DNA from: Folioceros fuciformis
Lineage: Eukaryota
Assembly (NCBI GenBank): GCA_049999805.1
Contig: JBNGIO010006212.1
Location: 1-50,438, forward strand
Reading direction: 5' to 3'
Length of the DNA stretch: 50,438 bases
In this document: one piece after another, positions 1 through 9,269 of the stretch
Numbering within the stretch: the first letter of the stretch is position 1
Layout: every line of letters starts with the position of its first letter
Notes under the pieces: generated by a model
What the model saw: only the letters and a program-made list of their open reading frames with translations
Told to the model about the DNA's origin: nothing
Databases searched by the model: none
Position numbers and translations under genes: made by a program

Positions 1-111
1 TCTTGAGTGTCTCCTTTCAAGACCCTTCCTCTCACACAAGTACTCTTTCTTGCTCAAGTCTTGGTGACACACTAGATCATTCTGTCTGTCTCCTTCAACC
101 CGCACTTCCAG

Positions 112-366
112 ATGACAGAAAATGCCCATGGACCATCCTCTGTACGCACCACCTTTTCCGCATACTTCGGCTACGACGTGGTGAAGACAAAAGGTGCTGG
201 TGGATGTTTTGGTTCAGGAGACTTACACATTCACGATGGAAGATGCAATTTTGTAATGTCAGTGACAAGTGCAGGTGGTCATAGTTTTGACCTTCCTGTC
301 GTCCAGCACCAGCAGCTCAAGTTCATAAAACACCTTTCGTTGAACAACCCCCTTCTCGTGCATTGA
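112..366 (+). CDS. Possible terminal exon of an unidentified gene entering from the left edge
   Basis: Pyrimidine-rich tract ending in TTCCAG directly before 112, then an 84-codon open frame to TGA. No recognised domain. Confidence 0.25.
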   Translation: MTENAHGPSSVRTTFSAYFGYDVVKTKGAGGCFGSGDLHIHDGRCNFVMSVTSAGGHSFDLPVVQHQQLKFIKHLSLNNPLLVH

Positions 367-376
367 GTGATTCGCT

Positions 377-1912
377 CTAATCTTCGGCCATCAACTTCTT
401 CACGTACACATAGCAGTCAGGTCCTCGTCCATCGGTGTAGAATTTTTCGAGCTTTGTTTTGATGGTAAAACCAGACTTCTCGCAGAAGGCCTGTGCTGGA
501 AAATCGTCCGTCGCCACGTAAGCAAAAGCTTCCACAACTCCAAATTTCTTCACGGACAGGTCTAGAGCGATCCTCAACAACTGTGACCCTGCTCAAAGCG
601 ACCGAACACATATCACAAGTCATGCCAGGTGAGGTCAAGAACCGATTCCGTAAGCGCTAAGCACAGTTACAAGAAGTGCTCACCAATGGTCTTTCTCCTG
701 TACGGCTCATTGATAAACACGGACTTGATAAAGAGATGGTACCAAAACTCTGCTGTTCGTACAACTTGACAAGCAATAATCCCCGCCACAGCTTCTCCTG
801 GCCATTCAGCCTTCTTTTCAAATTCTGCAACTACAGTTCCAGCTTCTATCAGGTCGTGGTTTACATTGTCCGGTGCGAATGGACCTAAATTTGCATCCTG
901 ACGGTCTGAGATATGCGCATCCCACCATAGGCCACCTGTAAACCCATCATCACAAACACCTGTAAGGAAAAGCATCTCAGTCAACCTACATGCAAACTAA
1001 AATACACATGGACAGAGCCTACCTCTTTTTGACAGGACAAAGCAATCAGGGTGATCAGTCCCTTGATAATAATCTTGAATCCTTTCCTTCACTGTAAAGT
1101 CACATGTTTGAAAGAATGCTATACTACCATAGTCTGTCGTAGGGACGTATACGTAAGCTTCAACAACATTGTACTCCCGCCTGGCAACACCGAGACAGTC
1201 CTGCACCAGCATGGTCCCTGCCAAGTCCATAGTCCAACGCAGAATTCTTCAGATCATGGAACATAAACAAGTCGAGTCTGGCTATATGCACTCTTTGCCA
1301 ACTGCTGCTAGACCCTCTAAAACACTTACCGACTTTTCGTCTCCGATAGGAAGGATCTACCTCTAACGACTTGATACACAGGTGGAATCCATCCCCATTC
1401 TGCAAAATCAGGCCAACAATCGACCCCGCTAATACATCACCATCATAGGCTTCCCGTTTGAATTCTTCAATCACAGAATCCAGTCCTCCTGAGCCCTGGT
1501 GAGCAGCTGAACTGTCGGATACTGCACATCTACATGCCAAGCTCTGGCGTGGGGCCCGAGAAGGTTGCCCTGCACCACCCCAGAGCTGATTTCTTCGCCG
1601 ATAACCATAAGTGACAGAGACAGGAGAAGACATTCGGCGACCCCTCAGAACCACCTGCTGCATGCCCCTCCCTAGACACCCATGGCAAAAACCAATGCTA
1701 TTGCTTGTGAATGGTAGCAGTTCTCTTGTCTGCGGGGAGCCGGGCCAGACATAGCTACGACAAAAAGCTGCAGAAATTTTGCGAGAGGCAGGAGAAATTC
1801 TAAGGTGACAGGCATAGAGGGGGTGCCTAAATTCTCTTTGAGGCAGGCCCACCCTGACATCGCTTGCGACGTGCGAGCTACGAACTAAGGGTTGGAGGAG
1901 GAGGAGTGCCAT
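377..1912 (-). CDS. GNAT N-acetyltransferase with two tandem RimI/NAA50-like domains and a transit-peptide-like N-terminus; exons 1912-1330, 1217-1023, 959-684, 588-377
   Basis: Three GT-AG phase-1 introns join four ORFs in frame. Acetyl-CoA motif A occurs twice (LEVDPSYRRRKVG-TMLV; VFINEPYRRKTIG-SQLL), as does the C-terminal motif (AYVYVPTTDYGSIAFFQTCDF..IQDYY; AFAYVATDDFPAQAFCEKSGF..LEKFY). Confidence 0.8.
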
Positions 1913-2838
1913 GTCCTTCTAAAAGCAATGATGCTTTTCAAACCAGCATCCAAGCAACAAGCTCAACTGAGTGAGCATGCCGAAAAGCCAGCTGTCTTCC
2001 TGGTACCTAAGACACTCCAGATGGCCCCTCCTGCCAGTACCCAAAAATCTGCGCAGCAATAAATGGCTCAGCTCCACACACACCATCGCCAAGGATTGAA
2101 GAACCCAGAAATGGGTTTCAGGAACGAGTACCGGAATCCAGGAATCGCGGGGCGGCCTGATTGCACATGCTGCCTCTCCAAGGCATCGTGCAACAACACC
2201 ACTGAGAACTTCACCCTCTCTGCCGTTAACAAGTCGCTGCTTCACCACCACCCTGAAGGCCTGAATGCCGTAATCGTCAGATGCTTGCGAAGCGCGTTTC
2301 GAGTGACTCCCAGAAGCTAAAACCCTAAACCTGCTTTCCAAGAGTTTGTAGAACACAGGCCATTTAAATTTCTTCTGGCCAAGCGGCACTTGGACAGATC
2401 GGGCATCGTGTATGCGAAAGTAGGAGGTTGATGAGGGGATTCCATGTTCTCCCGAGGGTATGTGCTGTTGGGCCGGCAGCAGGAAATTCTGTGCTGTGGG
2501 GCTTGGAGTGCACTGTTGCTGCAGATCATAGGCGTTTTCCGCACATTGCAAACAGGTAAGACAAATGCTGGATGGTTTGAACTTGGTTGGCACTCCGTAA
2601 TGTACAAAAAATGCAGGAAGGTGTGAGCTCGGAAAGCTGTTCACTGCTTACAAGAAACGTCCATTGCAGTGCGGAACGATGCAACTGGAACAAGTCATTT
2701 GCGAAAGTGTGTGACGAGATGGTACTTTGGAGGAAGCTTTACAAGGAAATCCGGTACAGAGATTTTCACAGCAGACAAACTTCGCAACACACTAGCAGGG
2801 AGTCTTGTGTGTGTGAACTCACTACAAACTGAACCAGT

Positions 2839-3210
2839 CTACGTTAGCTGCAGCCGCACACCAGGATGCGCGCCCTTCAGAAGACTGACCCCTTTGGTGA
2901 TGCCGTAGAAAATAGCGATAGTGCTCACCACAGCCGTAATTAGGCCACCGACGGTGAAGATAGCCGCGGGCACCAGAATAGGACTAAGAGGGATCAGAAT
3001 CGGCGAGAGCGCCAAGAGAGTAAGCAGGATGCCGCCGATGGTCAATCCTCCAAGCGTCAACACAGTAGCTCCCACCGCCAACAGCGCCAGTACGCCGAGC
3101 ACACTCTTGCCGCTTGGAGCACGACCCTCTCCGATGTCGTGAAACGCGAATTGAGCCTCGCGCTTCGCTTTCTTGGCTCCCTCTTTCACCGTTTCTCGGG
3201 AACGGTCCAT
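2839..3210 (-). CDS. Oleosin (lipid-droplet protein); a further C-terminal exon is possible
   Basis: About 70-aa hydrophobic stretch with the proline knot PX5SPX3P (PILIPLSPILVP), followed by KGAHPG, which resembles the GxHPxG of U-oleosins. Confidence 0.9.
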   Translation of the reverse strand: MDRSRETVKEGAKKAKREAQFAFHDIGEGRAPSGKSVLGVLALLAVGATVLTLGGLTIGGILLTLLALSPILIPLSPILVPAAIFTVGGLITAVVSTIAIFYGITKGVSLLKGAHPGVRLQLT

Positions 3211-3647
3211 CTCACGTCACCTAATCGGGATCTTTGTATGAAATCAGTGAGATCTAATCACTCCGCTTTTAATTCACACGCACAGGCACAAAGCAAAGCA
3301 AGGTGGACATGGATTAGCATGGATTCAAGCTGGTAGGCATCGATTGTCTTGATGAATCATCGAAGGGGAGACCATACCTTGCCAGCAATTCGGCTGAGTA
3401 CCGGCTGATTTGTGAAACGCAAGGAGGAGAGAAGCGACAAAAAAAGGTGGAAGACATGCGCTGCTGGCAGTCCTGGCAAGCAACGTGGGACTCGTCGTTT
3501 GCATGCAGACATCCACGACAAACCGGGGACAGCCGGTGGCGAGAGGACGCAACACAGGAACTGGATGTTCGTCAGATCAGACACGGCCACACCAATCACA
3601 CACATCACTGCCTGCGCGAGCGGGATGACATGACGATGTTATGGATG

Positions 3648-4129
3648 TCATGTATCCCGCAGGAGAGGAGAGAGTCTACGAGGAAGGAGTAGGGAGCTGG
3701 TTTGATGAACCAAAACCACTCCCTTCACAGCAAAGAAAGATGGATGCACGACGCTCACGATGTTCTCGCCCAGTTTGAGGGAAATGCTGCCTCCTTTCAC
3801 CAGCACTTGGAGTTTGGCACCTCCCAGAGTTCGTAAGGAATGGCCGCTGTGCTTCAGCAGACGTTCTGGGGGCCAGAAGCCATACACCAGTTGCAGGAGT
3901 GCCACCTCCGTGGTGAGGGAAGAGAAGTCTTGCAAGATATCCTGCCTGAGCTGATGCTGAACTGTGGCCTCTGTGGGGACGAAGGCAGTGACAGCCCCGA
4001 AATTGCTGAGGAAGGTTGTTGGAAGATTGTTGAGAATGTCGGCATTCCTAATGAGTTGCAGAAGCTGAGGATACTCTCCCGAATTCTGCAGCGTTTGAAC
4101 GAGATTGGAGGCTATTCGGCTGATTTTCT
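3648..4129 (-). CDS. Fasciclin (FAS1) domain exon, probably the last exon of the GDSL gene
   Basis: H1-like motif VTAFVPTEAT, central SLRTLGG, H2-like motif VVLVHQTSSLLLP. No signal peptide of its own. Acceptor TTTGCAG ends at 4130. Confidence 0.75.
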
Positions 4130-4212
4130 CTGCAAATGACATGGCAGTGGAGGGGTTACGGGCTGAGCTAGAGTGGAAAGCAAGTGGCAGGAAGTGGAAT
4201 GGTTTCGGTTAC

Positions 4213-5655
4213 CCGGATTTGTGTATTTTGGTTTGTTGGCGAGGTTGAGCGTGTTGAGCCAGGCGAAGAGGTTGGGAGAGAATCCGGTGATGTTGAAGCC
4301 TGAGAAGAGGAGGTTTGTGGCTGCTTCCCACCCTGCATCGGAGGGGTGCTCGTCGTCCCAGAAGACGTACTGCTCAGGGTTTGCGCACACGGTGTAGAGA
4401 GGGTTGCCACTTGCGTCATTGTCTCCGCACATTTTGCCTGGGGTTGTGCCACTGCAGCAATCTGTCAGGGGGTGTGCGAAACCTGCAGAGGAGGAAGAAT
4501 TAGACGCACGCATACGCAGTTGTGGAGTTAGAAGGGGTTGTGAGTCTGTCTTACCGAACCACTGTGGGTTTTGGAAGATGTAGTTGAATGCCTTGCTCTC
4601 GTCCAGCTCCACTAGCTTTGCTTCTGGCAGTGATGTCTCCAGAGTTTGGATGACGGCAGACAGTTTGTTGTTATGGTAGTTGCTCAGAACTTCATAGAAT
4701 GATCCCGAGAGACAAGCTGTGTGATTGGGGCCAGTATTGCTCGGAATGCACTCCAGTTGTATCAAGTTGCCTACTGCGAAGTAGCGAAAGCCTGCATTGT
4801 ACAGCTCCTTGATGTTCTCGTCATGTGCCAAGGCTACTTTGTCCGCCAGGGCCAGAAAGTCCTGCAGGACACTAACACATAAGCTGAAGCCAACCAGGAA
4901 AAGAGGCGAGGTAGAGAAGGAGACGTGAAGCTTACAGCGCCGGTGGCAGAGGAATTTTGTGCAAACAAGCGGGCATAGTCGTTGCCATTGCTGAATAGAA
5001 AGACGATGGAGTGTTCAGGGGCAAAAAGCTGCTCATTCTTGCTGATGATGCCCTTCAACTGCTCCACTTGCTGGTACAGGCTGGCAAGATTAAGATTTGG
5101 GAATACTCCTGACTGCGAAACAGCGAAGTTGATGCCATGCTTGAAGTGATCTGGAGGCGTGCCGCTGGTGATGGATCTATACGGTACGGGAGACGGAAGT
5201 CCAATGAGGTCCGCTGCAAACCGAGACCCACGTTTGTCTCAGTGCCACTTCCAGCTCTGGCATTGAAGGTTGCTATTTCTCAGGAGGAAAGCTGGAGAAT
5301 GGAAGGAACCTACCAAGGAAGTCTGTGGAAACTTTGCCATTGGAGAAGCGGCCGGCAGGATGCCCAGGCCAAGTGATGCCATATGGGTGCCTCCAGGGAC
5401 GATTGAAAAGAGGATCAGTCCTGTTGGCATTTCCAGTGTCTGAAAAGGAGTCTCCAAACACGAAGATAGCAGATGGCTTTCCTGCAGCTGCAGTATTTCA
5501 GACATCATTTCCAGAGCTTTCAGAGCACCAAATCCTGCAAACAGCAATTTCCGCATGCCTGCAGATCCGTCAACGAAAATCTCACCAAGGGCAGTACGGC
5601 AATGGAGCAGGGCAAGTGCAGTAGCCAGGAGCAAATACATTCGAATTCTCCCCAT
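4213..5655 (-). CDS. Secreted GDSL esterase/lipase; exons 5655-5586, 5481-5314, 5213-4936, 4861-4555, 4482-4213, continuing into the FAS1 exon
   Basis: Signal peptide (MYLLLATALALLHCRTALG), block I FVFGDSFSDTGN, PYG..PAGRFSNG, GINFA, block III GNDY, block V YVFWDDEHP. GT-AG introns of 72-104 nt, all frame-consistent. Confidence 0.92.
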
Positions 5656-6193
5656 TTTTTGCTATCTCGGCGGAAGTAGGAACCTTTCTTCCCCCTTCAC
5701 TGCAATGTGGTTGCATGGGAATGTGAAGTCAATCCATATTCTATTCTTGATGTACATTTGGGTACCTTTTCACTGGTGAGCGAAAGTTCCGCTGTCGTGC
5801 TGACGAACGTTCTTGGAGTTTGATACATATGTTTGATATTTATTCTTGGGATATTGGATGTGTAGTGGAAGGAAGGGTCACATTGCGAACTGTAGACGAG
5901 AAGCACGCTATGTACGCATACAGTCTTTCGATCGAGAAAAGAACAAGCTGTCTTCAAGGTAACTTTTAGCAATTTTCAAGAGACAATCCCAAAGGCCTTT
6001 TACTGTACGGGATGGATATATCCAAAACATCCCAGTGCAATAGTGATCGAACTTTAGGCTGCTCATCCTCTAATTTTCATATAAGTGCCCCATTCCATCC
6101 AGTGTAGAGAGTGGCTAGTGATGTACAGATTTATATACAAGGTACTATCACGTCAACAGTAGCGGATGTAAGACGGCGGAAACCTATCATTTT

Positions 6194-8715
6194 TTACACT
6201 CTCACGTCCATCCCACATAAGAAGAATGCTAACGACTGGAGACACAAGGAAATGCGCAGCGGCCAAAACAGTGGGGATGGGAAATTGGACGGAGACGCAC
6301 AAAATGCGGAGACGAAGAGAAACACACCCATCAGCAGTTCGAAGTAGAACAGACCCCTGTCGACATAGAAACAAGTCACAGTCAGCACCAACTCCTTTGT
6401 ATGCCATGTTTTCTCTTCCAGTTGGATGTCAGGTTGCAGTGCAATTCACAGTTTGCGTAACATCGCTAAATCTTACGTATCGTCTTTGCGTGTATTGTCT
6501 TTCTGTTTCGATTGAGGTGATTTCGTCGACCGCTTTGTTACGATCCAAGTTGTTGAAGGAAACCCCAGAAGTGTGAGCAACGTGACTCTGGCTTTATAGA
6601 TGCCTCTGACGTTCTCAAAGAAGAGCCACCCGAAGACGTGGCAAGATGGCCTGCAGTGATGTCAGCAACTGATCAGTAATGCAATTGCAGTCGTGGAGGC
6701 ATGAGCGGTGTGTGAGAATGACCAATACCTAGGCGATAGCATAAACGCGGCAGTGAGGAGAAACAGAGTAGGCCCGATCAGTACAGCTCCTGGGATGTTG
6801 ATGTCTGGAACTAACAATGCCGTGGGAATGAGTACGCCCCAGAGAAGCAGTGCAGCAAGACCTTCGTACAAGAGGAAGCCGAAGAGGTCACACAGGATGT
6901 AGTACTTTGTGCCCAGGCTCAAAGTCTGCACAGTCCAGAAGGTCGCAAACATCAGAAACCTTGCGCTGAAGGTTGGTCAGTGTTGTGGTCTTGAGTATCA
7001 GGCTTTCGATGCACTTTTCCATGTCGTTCCACCGTTCCATTCAATGGACAGCCTTACCTTGCTCCTGAGCACGTCGAGGGAATGGAGCTGTAGTAGGTTT
7101 GCGACCCCACCGGTCCATCGAGTTGTCTGGATGCGGTACGTCTGGTAAGCCGCTGCAACTTCAAACATGCCCTGCCATTGACAATGAACAATCTATCAGA
7201 CATCACCCCGAAAAGGCCTTTTCCTCAAGGGGACCAGCTGGTCAGCTGCACAATTCAGTTTACTTACAGGAAAATCCGGCACGTACACAGACTTCCAACC
7301 CTTCAGGCAGGAGCACAGGCTCAAGTCAGTGTCCTCAACAAGAACTCTGCTTTGCCATCCTCCCGAGTCCTGGATGGCTTTCATCCTCCATATTCCTCCA
7401 GTGCCTGACGCACAGAAAACAGCCTTGAAATTTAGACTCGGCAAGTTGCAGATAAGCAATACGACAACATACAATGCACAGGATGTGTGGTTCTCCACGC
7501 ACTGCGATCAAGCTACAAACCATACCGTAAAAGACAGCGATGCCAAAGAATGCCGAGCCAATTTCTTCACTCAGTTTACCAGCGAATGTAAATCCCTGTA
7601 ACTTCGTTACCAGGCATTCGTCTGGGTTCACTGTCACAACACACGCGCACACCAAGGCAGTTAGAAAAGACGAGTGCCTGAGTCGCTAGATCCACCGGAG
7701 CGAAAGTGCTCTGTCCGTGGATACAGAAAGGAATTCGTAGGAAGCAGATATGAACAGCTCACCAGGTTTAACCCCGCCCATGAGATGCCCCAGCTGTGGA
7801 TTATGCACAAGGAAGGGGATACCTCGCTCTAAGAAATCAGGGCGAGGCTGGAAATCGGCATCAAAGATAGCCACGTAGTCGCAGTCTCTGACATAGATGT
7901 GTCGCAAACCCGCTCGCAGATTACCTGCTTTGTAGCCTTCTCTACCCTCACGAGTCTCATATTTAACATTGACTCCACGCTTCTGCCACATCTCACATTC
8001 GGCCTTCACCAGAGCCTGTTCACAGCCATGGTCACAGCTCGCGTCAGACAATGCACGGAAAACCACCAGAAATTTTCATCATCTTCGGATCCATTTGGCA
8101 CCGTCAGCTAGCACAGTCAGTTGGTGAGTGAACGCACCTTGATTTCGGCGTCCGTGGAATCATCAAGAACCTGAACGATCAGTCGGTCCTTTGGCCAGTT
8201 CAGCTTGCAAGCCGCACCAATGGAAAGATGGTAAACCTGTAAGGAAAAATGCCAGTCATCGAATTGGAGGCGTACAATGTGATCAAACGAGAAGCTATCG
8301 CCATGTTCTGGCGAAGCGTATGGTAAATGCTCCACCCTTTCGATCGAACAGCTGGTTGAGCACCCACCTCTCGCTCGTTGTACATGGGTATTTGAACCAA
8401 CACCGTCGGAATGTGAGCCAGATTGGACCCGTCTTCCCATTTTAGTGGCTCATGCTTGTAGAGCGTTTGGGGAGTTATCCCCCGGTACTTGGCCACATAG
8501 CGCAGAACAACAGCAACGAGTCTTTGGAAGTAGACCAGAGAGACGAAAATTGCGAAGATGTAGGTGACAAGGTGGAGAACGGAAATGCTCCATCCCTGCA
8601 TCAATCGCAACCAGTACAGCGATCTCGCCGCAGCAGCATGGCCGTCCAGCCTGCCGTAATGCCATAAACGCTCCGGCAGCGGAATTCTTCCCGAATGGGG
8701 TGTGAGATCCCACAT
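6194..8715 (-). CDS. CSLA: Cellulose synthase-like A (GT2 mannan/glucomannan synthase family), divergent; about 9 exons
   Basis: [73 protein letters not shown], and a C-terminal TM exon ([10 protein letters not shown]...[10 protein letters not shown]). Short N-terminus as in CSLA rather than CSLC. Confidence 0.85.
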
Positions 8716-9269
8716 TGTGTGCCTGAATCGGAGCGTCCTCGGAATCAGCAATGCGGTTCCTGCTAAGTAGAGCTTGCAATGCAGTTATCGACAGGAGTCA
8801 AACTTCTGCAACCTCGCGGACTTACTCAAAGGGAAAGCCTAGCTGCACTGCTACCTCTATGGGGGAGAATCTGTTTATAGAATATGGCTCTCAGTTCGAT
8901 CCCCCGGACGAACACAGCGTTTTCCTGTTTCATTGGAATACGTGGCAATGCTGCTGTGGTTACACCAAATCAGCTTCCTCCTTCAAGTGGCGGACTGTGC
9001 TTTTGACACTTCATTCTGCTGACACCTTAACATCCGGGCAGGGTTTGGAGCCGACAGGTGTTTTGCAAAGATGCTAATACGATGGCATCTTGATTACCCC
9101 CACCCAGCCGACAACACCTGGCCTCTCGCAACAAATTTTCATGCTCCACGGTACGCATGACACCCACGTTTGCGTTTTCGCTGTGGCAGGTGCGTGCCGC
9201 ACTGCACTTGGTTACAAGGGAGGGGGAGGGCTGTAATCTAATAGGATTCACGAGGGCGGACAAGTGTTG

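Noticed and set aside
1919-2644. 241-aa minus-strand ORF upstream of the GNAT
   Set aside because: Non-ATG start and no domain. It contains a telo-box (AAACCCTA, ~2320) and ends at an acceptor-like TTTTAG just before the GNAT ATG, so it is more likely promoter, 5' UTR and intron.
3648-4142. Stand-alone fasciclin gene starting at ATG 4142
   Set aside because: No signal peptide and no promoter space; the ATG lies inside a frame-compatible intron.
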